A stretch of DNA of 47,822 bases from positions 1-47,822 of the forward strand of contig JBGOTG010000001.1 in the NCBI GenBank assembly GCA_041476405.1, in the 5' to 3' direction. Positions 24,969 to 33,546 of the stretch are shown here, piece by piece. The DNA is from Candidatus Dormibacteraceae bacterium. Its GTDB lineage: Bacteria; Chloroflexota; Dormibacteria; Dormibacterales; Dormibacteraceae. The notes below the pieces were generated by a model that ran no database searches, was not told where the DNA came from, and saw only the letters and a list, made by a program, of their open reading frames with translations. Position 1 is the stretch's first letter. Every line of letters begins with the position of its first letter. The translations under genes and the position numbers were made by a program.

Positions 24969-27062
24969 ATGGCAGTCAGGTCCGTGCGCCGGCCGGATGT
25001 ATTGCCTCAAGACAGGTTCTTGAACCGTGAGCTCTCGCGGCTCGACTTCGACAGCCGCGTGCTCTCAATGGCCGAAGATAGGACGCGCCCACTGCCGGAG
25101 CGGATTCGCTTCATGGCGATATTGAGCGACAGCATCGACGACTTTTTCCAGGTGCGGGTGGCCGGACTGCACGAGCAGGTGATCGCATCGGTGAGCGCGA
25201 CCTCGCCAGACGGAATGACACCCGAGGACCAGCTGCATGGGATCGGCGAGAAGGTGCGCGACCTCACGGAGCGCCAGTCGGCCATCCTCGCCGGGGACAT
25301 CTTGCCCGCCCTTGCGAGCGCCGGCTTTCGCATGGTCACCGCGGACGATCTTTCGAAGGCCGACCGGCGCCTGCTCGCCGAGGTGTTCCAAGAGCGCATC
25401 TTCCCAGTGCTCACCCCGCTCGCGGTCGATCCCGCGCACCCGTTTCCGTATATCTCCAACCTCTGTCTCAACCTCGCCGTGATGGTGCGAGACCCCATGC
25501 GGCACCAACCGCGGTTCGCGAGGGTGAAGGTGCCCCCGCTGCTCCCGCGCTTCATCGGCCTCCCGGACGGCGAACGATTCATGGCCATCGAGCACGTGAT
25601 CGCTCTTCACCTGTCAGTTCTGTTTCCCGGCATGGAAATCGTCAGCCATGACTACTTCCGGGTGACACGCGACGCAGACCTCGACCTGGACGACGACGAG
25701 GCCGAGGACCTCATGGCCGCGGTCCAGGCCGAGCTGACGCGCAAGCGTCGAAAGGGCCGGGCGGTGCGCCTCGAAGTGGAACCGGATATGTCCCCCGAGG
25801 TTCTCGTTCTCCTGCTGCGAGAGCTGGAGTTGGACCCACAGGACGTGTACGCGGTGAAGGGCATGCTGGACCTCACGGGCCTCGCTTCCATCCATGTGCC
25901 CGGCGGCGGCAACCTCCTCGGCGCGAGTGTGTGGGTGCCGACGACCCAGCCGAGGCTTAGCCCGGATGGCGGCGAGCCTGTCGACTTCTTCGGGGCCATG
26001 CGCGACAGGGATCTTCTCGTCCACCACCCGTACGACTCCTTCGGTACCTCGGTCGAGGCGTTCGTCGAGCAGGCTGCCCGAGACAAGGACGTCCTCGGGA
26101 TAAAGGTCGCCATGTATCGGACCTCAGGTCCCGAGAGCCCGATCGCCTGTGCGCTGAAGAGTGCGGCCCAGTCCGGCAAGCAGGTGGTCGCGCTCGTCGA
26201 GCTGAAGGCGCGCGGCGACGAGCAGGCGAACATCGTGTGGGCCAAGGCACTCGAGGAGGCGGGCGTCCACGTGGTCTACGGCCTCGTCGGCCTGAAGACG
26301 CACGCCAAGCTCATGCTGGTCGTCCGGCAGGAGGGTGAAAGGGTCCGGCGTTACGCGCACATCGGAACGGGCAACTACAACGCGATGACCGCCGGCGCGT
26401 TCGAGGACGTCGCGCTGTTCACGGCAGACCCGGACGTGACAGCAGACATCGCGGAGCTCTTCAACTACCTCACCGGCTACAGCCGCCAGAGCGAGTACCG
26501 CAAGCTCCTGGTCGCCCCCACCACGCTTCGCTCAGGGATCGTGGCCATGATCCGGGCCGAGGCTTCAAAGCCGGACGGGCGAATCGTGATCAAGGTCAAC
26601 AACCTGGTCGACCCTGAGGTGATCGACGCGCTCTACCGGGCGTCACAGGCCGGGGTCCGGATCGACCTCATCGTGCGGGGCATCTGCTGCCTGAAGCCCG
26701 GTGTGGCCGGGCTGTCTGAAGGAATCCGCGTGCGCTCCCTGGTCGGACACTACCTGGAGCACTCACGGATCTTTCGCTTTGGAAGCGACGCAAGCGCTCA
26801 CGTCTTGATCGGGTCCTCGGACCTGATGCCACGCAACCTCGACCGGCGCGTGGAGGCCGTCGTACCGGTCGGAGACCCGGCGCTGAAGAAGCAGGTCGAG
26901 CAGTTCCTAGAGCTCGAGCTGGCCGACGACACACTCGCGTGGGAGCTCGCGGAGGACGGGACCTGGCGCAAGGTGGCCGAGGGCCGCGGTATCAACACCC
27001 AGGCGATCATGCAACGAGCGACCCTTGGAATCGTCGAGGGCGAAGGAGCCGATGCCTTATGA
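24969..27062 (+). CDS. ppk1: polyphosphate kinase 1
   Basis: 697 aa. The N-terminus RFLNRELSRLDFDSRVLSMAED...PLPERIRFMAILSDSIDDFFQVRVAGL is classic PPK1. The C-terminal PLD-like domains contain HAKLMLV and HSRIFRF. Confidence 0.9.
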   Translation: MAVRSVRRPDVLPQDRFLNRELSRLDFDSRVLSMAEDRTRPLPERIRFMAILSDSIDDFFQVRVAGLHEQVIASVSATSPDGMTPEDQLHGIGEKVRDLTERQSAILAGDILPALASAGFRMVTADDLSKADRRLLAEVFQERIFPVLTPLAVDPAHPFPYISNLCLNLAVMVRDPMRHQPRFARVKVPPLLPRFIGLPDGERFMAIEHVIALHLSVLFPGMEIVSHDYFRVTRDADLDLDDDEAEDLMAAVQAELTRKRRKGRAVRLEVEPDMSPEVLVLLLRELELDPQDVYAVKGMLDLTGLASIHVPGGGNLLGASVWVPTTQPRLSPDGGEPVDFFGAMRDRDLLVHHPYDSFGTSVEAFVEQAARDKDVLGIKVAMYRTSGPESPIACALKSAAQSGKQVVALVELKARGDEQANIVWAKALEEAGVHVVYGLVGLKTHAKLMLVVRQEGERVRRYAHIGTGNYNAMTAGAFEDVALFTADPDVTADIAELFNYLTGYSRQSEYRKLLVAPTTLRSGIVAMIRAEASKPDGRIVIKVNNLVDPEVIDALYRASQAGVRIDLIVRGICCLKPGVAGLSEGIRVRSLVGHYLEHSRIFRFGSDASAHVLIGSSDLMPRNLDRRVEAVVPVGDPALKKQVEQFLELELADDTLAWELAEDGTWRKVAEGRGINTQAIMQRATLGIVEGEGADAL

Positions 27063-27934
27063 CCACGAGCAAGCGCCCGGTCAAAAGCGCCACCAGGTCG
27101 GCGACCAGCCTGCTGATCTTGAGCTCCAAAGCGGGCTCGATGACCCCTGAGATCGAGGACAAGCTCCGCAAGGCGTTCGCCGGCAGCCTGATCGTCGAGT
27201 TCGATCCCAAGTTGGACATCGAGAAGCTGGTCTCTCCGAAGGCCACGATCATCGTGGCAGGCGGCGACGGCACCATCGGCTGGGTGGTGCGCAGGCTCGC
27301 CGACACCAAGCATCCGGTCGGCATCCTTTCGATGGGCACCTTCAACAACTTCGCCAAGTCGCTGCACCTCCCGATGACGGTGGACGCCGCCATCAAGGTG
27401 ATCAAGACCGGGCGACCGCATCCGATAACCCTCGGCCGGGTGAATGGAAAGATCTTCCTGGAGGCGGCTGCCATCGGACTTTTCGGCGAGTTCATCACCG
27501 CGGGCGAATCCGCCAAGGACCGGGCGTTCGGGGCTTTCGCCGACGACGTTAGACACATCGCCGAGGCGAAACCCTTCACTTACGAGCTGACAGGAGACAT
27601 CAGGGGAAGCGGCACCGCGATGTCGCTCGTCTTCACCAACACCACCTCGATCGGCGCCCAGATGCCGGTCAGCGACAAGACGCCGGTGGACCCATACCTG
27701 GAGCTGTCGGTGCATGCGGGCGCGACCCGCACCGACATCGCCAAGCGAGTCCTCGCCCGCGTAGTGCTCTCCAAGCACAAAGAAGGAGGACTCGGCCAGG
27801 TGTTCAAGTTCCGCAAGATCGTTGTGACGGCCAAGCCCAAGGTGAAGATCTACGCCGACAACGCTCAGATCGGGCGCACGCCGGCGACCATCACCGCCGA
27901 GCTGAGCGCGCTGCACGTGCTCCTCAAGAGATGA
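27059..27934 (+). CDS. diacylglycerol-kinase-catalytic-domain (DAGK_cat / YegS / BmrU-like) lipid kinase
   Basis: Overlaps the ppk1 stop as ATGA. The motifs IIVAGGDGTIGWVV and GILSMGTFNNFAKSL are typical of the DAGK_cat/NAD-kinase fold family. Confidence 0.75.
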   Translation: MTTSKRPVKSATRSATSLLILSSKAGSMTPEIEDKLRKAFAGSLIVEFDPKLDIEKLVSPKATIIVAGGDGTIGWVVRRLADTKHPVGILSMGTFNNFAKSLHLPMTVDAAIKVIKTGRPHPITLGRVNGKIFLEAAAIGLFGEFITAGESAKDRAFGAFADDVRHIAEAKPFTYELTGDIRGSGTAMSLVFTNTTSIGAQMPVSDKTPVDPYLELSVHAGATRTDIAKRVLARVVLSKHKEGGLGQVFKFRKIVVTAKPKVKIYADNAQIGRTPATITAELSALHVLLKR

Positions 27935-28668
27935 GTGCCACCGCCAAGGCTGCTCCGGCGCCCCTGGCCGAGCCCAAGCAGGCTGCCGCCGAGGTCATCG
28001 CAGGGCAACCTGGGCCGACCGCCAGGCGCTGGCTCGGTCCCACCGCCCTGGTCGTCTTCGTCCTCTTCGCGATCGACACCTACCTGGTCGTGCAGAACGA
28101 CGTGCTTCCGTTCGACGTCCCCATCGCCAAGTTCATTCAGAGCGTGGCCTGGGGGCCGATCGTCTACCCGATGCAGCTCATCAACGCGAGCGCGGGCATC
28201 TGGCAGGTCCTGCTTGGCGCCGTTGCAGTGGTCGGCCTCTTCGTATTCGAGCGCCGAGCGGGGTGGCTGATGTTGATTGGGAGCATCTCGAGCCTGCTCG
28301 ACAACATCATCAAGCTCATCATCTCGCGGCAGCGACCGCCTGCCGACCTCGTCCACATCCTCACGCCCACCACCGGCTTCAGCTACCCAAGCGGGCACGC
28401 TGTGTTCTTCACCTGGATGAGCTTCATGATCGCGGTCTCGATCGCGCCGAAGATCAGGCCCTCCTACCGGCCGGTCCTCTGGACCCTCGCGGGCCTGGTC
28501 ATCGCGCTGACATGCATCTCCAGGGTATGGGCGGGCGACCACTGGCCGAGCGACGTCCTTGGCGGCGTGCTGCTCGGGGTCGGCTGGTCGGCGTTCGTGC
28601 TGTGGCTGCCTGAACGATGGCTGCCGTCCCCGAGCTTCCGGTGGTTTCGGGGGAGCGCCCGGAGCTGA
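27931..28668 (+). CDS. PAP2-family lipid phosphate phosphatase (paralogue 2)
   Basis: Overlaps the kinase stop as ATGA. The motifs are KLIISRQRPP, PSGH and SRVWAGDHWPSD. It is collinear with paralogue 1, including the shared RPPADLVH segment. Confidence 0.8.
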   Translation: MSATAKAAPAPLAEPKQAAAEVIAGQPGPTARRWLGPTALVVFVLFAIDTYLVVQNDVLPFDVPIAKFIQSVAWGPIVYPMQLINASAGIWQVLLGAVAVVGLFVFERRAGWLMLIGSISSLLDNIIKLIISRQRPPADLVHILTPTTGFSYPSGHAVFFTWMSFMIAVSIAPKIRPSYRPVLWTLAGLVIALTCISRVWAGDHWPSDVLGGVLLGVGWSAFVLWLPERWLPSPSFRWFRGSARS

Positions 28669-28684
28669 TGCCCCGCCTCTAAAC

Positions 28685-29239
28685 CTACCGGCGGCGCCGC
28701 CCTCGCTTCTTGAACAGCCAGGCGCTGAGGGTTCCGATCCCGATTCCGATGACGCCCCCGACCGCCGCATCGCTGGGGAAGTGCACGCCGAGGTGAACCC
28801 TTGATGCTCCGACGCCGGTAGCGAGCGTATAGGCGAGGGGGGCGGCCTTCGGGTAATAGAAGGCCAGCGCAGTGGCCGCAGCAAACGATGAGGCGGTGTG
28901 GCCGGAGGGAACCGAATGGTCGGGCGGTTTGATCCCGACCACGCGAGCCTCGCGGTTGACGAATGGCCTCACTCGTCTGAACAAAGGCTTGACCCGGGTC
29001 TGGACCACGTACGTGGCCGCGAGCGAGGCGAACGCGGTGGCCAGGCCGGCGCGCCGGCCCCTCGGGCCGCCCAGCATGGCGAGGGCCGCTCCTCCCGCCA
29101 CCCAGCCGAGACCCTCGCCCAGGTCGGACAGCACGCTGACATAGCGGTCGCTGGTCGTCGTATGCGGCAGGCCGTTGATCAAGTGGAAGAGCCGCCTGTC
29201 GATTCCGGCTGGAGCGGGGGGCGCGACGACCACCGCCAC
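28685..29239 (-). CDS. PAP2-family phosphatase (third, more divergent copy)
   Basis: The motifs are KPLFRRVRP, PSGH and SRVHLGVHFPSD. The start is uncertain (GTG 29239 or 29233). The listed ATG at 29551 would overlap the LapA-like gene and adds an Arg/Pro-rich stretch. Confidence 0.65.
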   Translation of the reverse strand: MAVVVAPPAPAGIDRRLFHLINGLPHTTTSDRYVSVLSDLGEGLGWVAGGAALAMLGGPRGRRAGLATAFASLAATYVVQTRVKPLFRRVRPFVNREARVVGIKPPDHSVPSGHTASSFAAATALAFYYPKAAPLAYTLATGVGASRVHLGVHFPSDAAVGGVIGIGIGTLSAWLFKKRGRRRR

Positions 29240-29316
29240 CTCGCCTGAGTCGACGTGGACCGCGACTGGACCCGCCTCGACGAGAGGCTTTGTTTCCGGG
29301 ACGCCCTTCGGGTCGG

Positions 29317-29652
29317 TCAGTCCGGGCCTTTTCGGCGCGCGCGACCGGCCACCATCCGAAGCTGGAAGATGCGGGCCGCTCCAAACGCGACAACGATGAC
29401 GGCCCCGAGGATCAATCCGAACAGGAGCGCCACCGCCAGCGGCAGGTGGCCGTGGAACATCAGGAAAGTGACCTCGACGCTCTGCTGGTTCTGAAGGATG
29501 AAGACGAGGATCACCACCAGCGCGACGAGGCCGATGACGACAGCGGTCCATGCGCCGCTCAGGCGGGTGCGTCGCTCGCCTGGGAGCGGCTCACCGGTAA
29601 CCTTGGCGTCAGGCGCGGCGGGTTCGTCTGTGGGGGTGTCGCTGATCTCCAT
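29317..29652 (-). CDS. LapA/DUF1049-like small membrane protein
   Basis: 111 aa with two TM helices separated by QNQQSVEVTFLMFHGHLPLAV, which resembles the lipopolysaccharide-assembly LapA domain. Confidence 0.55.
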   Translation of the reverse strand: MEISDTPTDEPAAPDAKVTGEPLPGERRTRLSGAWTAVVIGLVALVVILVFILQNQQSVEVTFLMFHGHLPLAVALLFGLILGAVIVVAFGAARIFQLRMVAGRARRKGPD

Positions 29653-29713
29653 GCCTGTATATCAAATAACACGTAAACGGGCCCGACCACACCTGATCGG
29701 TACCATTTCGGCT

Positions 29714-30547
29714 ATGGATTCGGCGCGGACGGCCTGGGCGCGGGTCGGCTACCAGGGTGAGCCGGGGGCCTACTCGGAGGAGGCGACGCTGGCGATCCTC
29801 CCGGCCGCGGTCACCGTCGGCTATCCCACCTTCTCGCGCGCCTTCGATGCGGTGGCGAGCCGCGAGGTCGACGCCGCCGTCTTGCCGGTGGAGAACTCTC
29901 TGGGCGGCATCGTGCAGGAGGTGAACGACCTTCTGTGGGAGCGCTCGGGACTGCGCATCAGCGGTGAGGTCATCCACCCGGTCCGCCACTGCCTGCTCGG
30001 ACGCGGCGAGCCGGTGGTCAGAGCGCTGTCGCACCCACAGGCGCTGCTTCAGTGCCGGCGATTCCTGGAAGCGCGCAACATCCAGGCCGTCACCTTTCAC
30101 GACACGGCCGGCGCGGCGCGTGCTGTGGCGGAAGGCATGGTCGTCGGCAGCGCCGCGATCGCGAGCGCTGCGGCCGCGCGCCGCTACGGCTTGAAGATCC
30201 TTGCCGAGGGCATCCAGGACGACGACTCCAACCAGACGCGCTTTCTGATCATCGACCGAGGGGCCGTCGCGCGGCCAGGGCCCAAGGGCCTCACCAAGGC
30301 CTCCCTCGCGTTCATCGGGTCCCACAAGCCCGGCAGCCTGGTCGCTGCCCTGCGGTGCCTGTCCGAGCGAGGTATCAACCTGACCCGGCTCGACTCCCGG
30401 CCCATGCCCGACCGGCCCTGGCAGTACCGCTTCTACGTGGATTTCGAGGTGGACGACCCGGCCACGGCGATCGACGCGTTGGAGGCGCTCGCCAAAGAGA
30501 CGACCGAGGTCAAGTTGTTCGGAACCTATCCCGCCGCGGGCGAATAG
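29714..30547 (+). CDS. pheA: prephenate dehydratase (PDT + ACT domains)
   Basis: An internal ATG at 29714 gives ...RVGYQGEPGAYSEEA. The conserved TRF (NQTRFLII) and C-terminal ACT motif (ESRP-like LDSRP) are present. The listed 29498 start overlaps the LapA-like gene region. Confidence 0.85.
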   Translation: MDSARTAWARVGYQGEPGAYSEEATLAILPAAVTVGYPTFSRAFDAVASREVDAAVLPVENSLGGIVQEVNDLLWERSGLRISGEVIHPVRHCLLGRGEPVVRALSHPQALLQCRRFLEARNIQAVTFHDTAGAARAVAEGMVVGSAAIASAAAARRYGLKILAEGIQDDDSNQTRFLIIDRGAVARPGPKGLTKASLAFIGSHKPGSLVAALRCLSERGINLTRLDSRPMPDRPWQYRFYVDFEVDDPATAIDALEALAKETTEVKLFGTYPAAGE

Positions 30548-30563
30548 GCGAGACTTTGCCCCT

Positions 30564-32063
30564 GTGAAGTCCAAACAACCTACCAGGCGCGTCCCCAACC
30601 TCTTCGATTCCAACGTCTTCTCGGTGGAGAGGATCGAGCTCGACGGCGTGGAGGAGAGCTTCCTGCGGGGTGGGCGCAACCTGTTCCCCCTCCTGCCGAA
30701 AGCCCTGGCCGGGATCTCGCAGATCGGCGTCATCGGCTGGGGCTCGCAGGGCCCCGCCCAGGCCCAGAACCTGAAGGAATCGCTGGCCGGGACCGGCGTG
30801 AAGGTCGCCGTGGGCCTCCGCGAGGGGTCCGAATCGATGGCCGAGGCAAGGGCGGCCGGCTTCTCGGAGAAAGACGGAACCCTCGGCGAGATGTTCGACG
30901 TCATCGGCAAGTCAGACCTGGTGATCCTGCTGATCTCGGACGCCGCCCAGGCGCAGCTGTACAAGAAGGTGTTCGCAGCTCTTCGGCCCGGCGCGACCCT
31001 TGGTTTGTCCCATGGGTTCCTGCTCGGATACCTCGAGACGACGGGCGAGCGGTTCCCGGCCGAGATCAACGTCATCGCCGTCTGCCCGAAGGGGATGGGC
31101 CCGTCGGTGCGCAGGCTGTACGAGCAGGGCCGCGAGGTGAACGGCGCCGGAATCAACACCAGCTTCGCGGTCGAGCAGGACCTCGACGGCCGCGCCACCG
31201 ATGTGGCGCTCGCCTGGTCGGTGGCCCTCGGCGCGCCATACACCTTCAAGACGACCTTGAAGTCGGAGGTGGTCTCCGACCTCTTCGGCGAGCGCAGCAT
31301 CCTGCTCGGCGCTGTCCACGGGATCGTCGAGGCGCTTTACCAGCGCTACCTGGACGAGGGCACAGAGCCGGAGGATGCGTTCAACCGGGCGTGCGAGTCG
31401 CTGACCGGCCCGATCCGGCAGATCATCTCGCGCCACGGCCTCGTCGGACTCGACGAGCACCTCGACGCCAAGGGGCGGCGCGACTTCCGGCGCGCGTACG
31501 ACGTCACTTACGCGTCGTTCAAAGGCGTGATGGCCGAGATCTACGACGAGGTGATGTCAGGCAACGAGGTGAAGAGCGTCGTCATGGCGGCCAACCGCTT
31601 CGCCCAGTACCCCATGACGACCATCGAAGGCTCGCCGATGTGGAAAGCGGGCGCGGAGGTGCGCCGGCGCCGAGGTCAGATCAAGACAGAGGTCGATGGC
31701 TTCACGGCCGGCACTTTCGCAGGCGCGATGATGGCGCAGGTCGACATCCTCGTCGAGCACGGCCACCCCTACTCGGAGATCGCCAACGAATCTATCATCG
31801 AGGCCGTCGACTCGCTGCTCCCCTACATGCACGCCCGCGGGGTCGCGTACATGGTCGACAACTGCTCGACCACCGCGCGCCTCGGCACACGCAAGTGGGG
31901 CCCGCGCTTCCAGGCGATGCTGGAGCAGGTGGCCTTCCCGGCCGTGGCCGCGCAAGACGAGACGCCGGACCAAATGCCCGACGGCTTCGTCACCCACCCG
32001 GTCCACGAGGTGATGCACAGGCTGAGCCAGATGCGCCCGCCGGTCGACATAGCCGTCACTTAG
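30564..32063 (+). CDS. ilvC: ketol-acid reductoisomerase, long class II, plant-like
   Basis: 499 aa. Long runs match plant KARI as I remember it: IGVIGWGSQGPAQAQNL, VCPKGMGPSVRRLY, NGAGINTSFAV.QD.DGRATDVAL.WS.ALG, YSEI.NESIIE.VDSL.PYMHARGV.YMVDNCSTTARLG.RKW.PRF. It starts 16 nt after pheA. Confidence 0.85.
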   Translation: MKSKQPTRRVPNLFDSNVFSVERIELDGVEESFLRGGRNLFPLLPKALAGISQIGVIGWGSQGPAQAQNLKESLAGTGVKVAVGLREGSESMAEARAAGFSEKDGTLGEMFDVIGKSDLVILLISDAAQAQLYKKVFAALRPGATLGLSHGFLLGYLETTGERFPAEINVIAVCPKGMGPSVRRLYEQGREVNGAGINTSFAVEQDLDGRATDVALAWSVALGAPYTFKTTLKSEVVSDLFGERSILLGAVHGIVEALYQRYLDEGTEPEDAFNRACESLTGPIRQIISRHGLVGLDEHLDAKGRRDFRRAYDVTYASFKGVMAEIYDEVMSGNEVKSVVMAANRFAQYPMTTIEGSPMWKAGAEVRRRRGQIKTEVDGFTAGTFAGAMMAQVDILVEHGHPYSEIANESIIEAVDSLLPYMHARGVAYMVDNCSTTARLGTRKWGPRFQAMLEQVAFPAVAAQDETPDQMPDGFVTHPVHEVMHRLSQMRPPVDIAVT

Positions 32064-32065
32064 GA

Positions 32066-33268
32066 CTACGGCGGTACAGCGACCAGGTCACGTTTCTCAC
32101 TCCAACTCAGCCGCCAGCCTTCTTCGTGGACCATTCGATGGTGGCGCCGGCACAGCAGCACCAGGTTGTCCATTCGTCTGTCGCCGCCGTCGGCCCAGTG
32201 CCGGATGTGATGAGCATCAGTCCAGTCGGGTGGCCGATCGCAACCGGGGAAGCGACAACCTCGATCTCTGACCACCAGCGCCTTGCGCTTTGGACCCGAG
32301 ATCAGCCGCCGGGTGCGGTCGGCGCGCGGCTGATTGGACTCCGAGTCGAAGAAGATCGGCGTGATCGCAGCGTCACAGGCGAGCCGTCGAGCCGTCTCGG
32401 AAGGAACCGGCTGCGCCCACTCCAGCTCGGCCGCCGGCGCACCCGGCTGCTTGGCCAGGGTCGCCATCTCGACGGTCAGCGCCAGATGCGGCCGCTGGCC
32501 CCCAACCTCGGGGAGCCGGCCGCCGTCCAGCTGCTGACGCGCCAGCTCCACCAGGGAATCGGCGCGACGCTGCCTGGGCGTGCGCTGGTCATCGGGTGCT
32601 GGCGGTCCGCTCAGCGCATTGAGCGCTGTCTGGAGGACCGCGCCACCCTCCGGGTCGAGACGCCCGTTGAGATAGAAGACGCCATCAAGCGTCTGGCTCA
32701 GATGCAGGAAGCGAAGCTCGTGCGCCTCATTGGCATCGAGGAGGACACCGTCAGCGTCCAGGCAGTGACGCAACTTCAAGGTGACGAGTCGCAGACGAGC
32801 CGGATCGAGCTCTTTGGCGGCGGTGACCAGGATGGTCTCCGCGTGCACTTCCATCTTGTCGCCCAGCCGCTCGGCGGTCCTCGCGATCATCGCCGCGTGC
32901 TGGTAGCTGATGTCACCGTCGGCGAAGGCTTCGCTGGTCTGAGGCAACGCAGGCAGCTGCCGCGACATCGCGACCCGGTCGGAGGCCACCGACGGAGAGA
33001 GCTTGCATTCGTAACCCAGCCACTGCTTGGCGCCAAAAGTACCGGTGCCGACAAAGCCCTGGCCATCGTCGAATCGCCTCAGGCGGCGGATGAACTCCGC
33101 CTCGCAGCCGTTGATGTGCCGGCGCAGGGCGGCGAGATCGTCACCCATGCAGAATGCGGGAACAGCCTCGAGGTCCTCGGCGCGCAGGCTCTGGAGACCC
33201 GAGCTCAGCTCGGCAAAAGGCACTTGCTCAGGGCTGGTTACCTGACCGAAAACCACTCCAGAACGCAT
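32066..33268 (-). mobile_element. DUF222 + HNH endonuclease gene (mycobacterial 13E12-repeat type), probable selfish insertion
   Basis: 400-aa ORF. The C-terminal HNH motif is DAHHIRHWADGGDRRMDNLVLLCRRHHRMVHE. The N-terminal DUF222-like region has GFVGTGTFGAKQWLGYECKLS. Its stop codon lies 2 nt from the ilvC stop, and an AT-rich promoter sits directly upstream. Confidence 0.8.
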
Positions 33269-33274
33269 GTTCGT

Positions 33275-33302
33275 ATTGTACCCGTTTCGTATTCAAAATC
33301 AA
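33275..33302 (-). promoter_or_regulatory. near-consensus sigma70-type promoter implying a leaderless HNH mRNA
   Basis: On the minus strand the order is TTGATT (33302-33297), a 16-nt spacer, TACAAT (33280-33275), 6 nt, then ATG (33268). It lies in a 78-nt stretch with 30 G+C by my hand count, against the GC-rich background. Confidence 0.45.
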
Positions 33303-33345
33303 GAGAAAAGCGCTCTTAACAGACATCTTTTTCGAAGCAGAATTC

Positions 33346-33546
33346 CCACGAGCCCGCCAGCCGTCTGCAGCCCGCCGCAGTCGACGCCAAACCCGGCCCC
33401 CACTCCCTCTTCCCAGCCCGTCACCACGCGCCACAATCCACGCCAGCGCGTGCCCCTCCATTCCCTCCTCCCAGCCCCGTCCGACCCCGCGCCACAATCC
33501 ACGCCAAGGCGTGCTCCCTCCACTCCCTCGTCCCAGCCCCTCTCTC
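33346..33546. repeat. ~60-bp tandem repeat, about 3.4 copies, each full unit carrying a short palindrome
   Basis: The units are 33401-33458, 33459-33520 and a truncated 33521-33546, plus a degenerate copy at 33346-33400. The conserved core is gcgccacaatccacgcca. The palindromes are cacgccagcgcgtg (33439-33452) and cacgccaaggcgtg (33500-33513). Confidence 0.7.

Noticed and set aside
29609-33319. Long ORFs 29609..31300 (-) and 31391..33319 (+), which overlap pheA/ilvC and the HNH gene.
   Set aside because: Both are antisense or out-of-frame to strongly supported genes (pheA, plant-type ilvC, HNH). Their composition is Arg/Pro/Gly-rich and I see no motifs.
33346-33546. Possible CRISPR array.
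   Set aside because: The repeat units are about 60 bp and directly adjacent with no unique spacers. There are only about 3.4 copies, and no cas genes are in the window.
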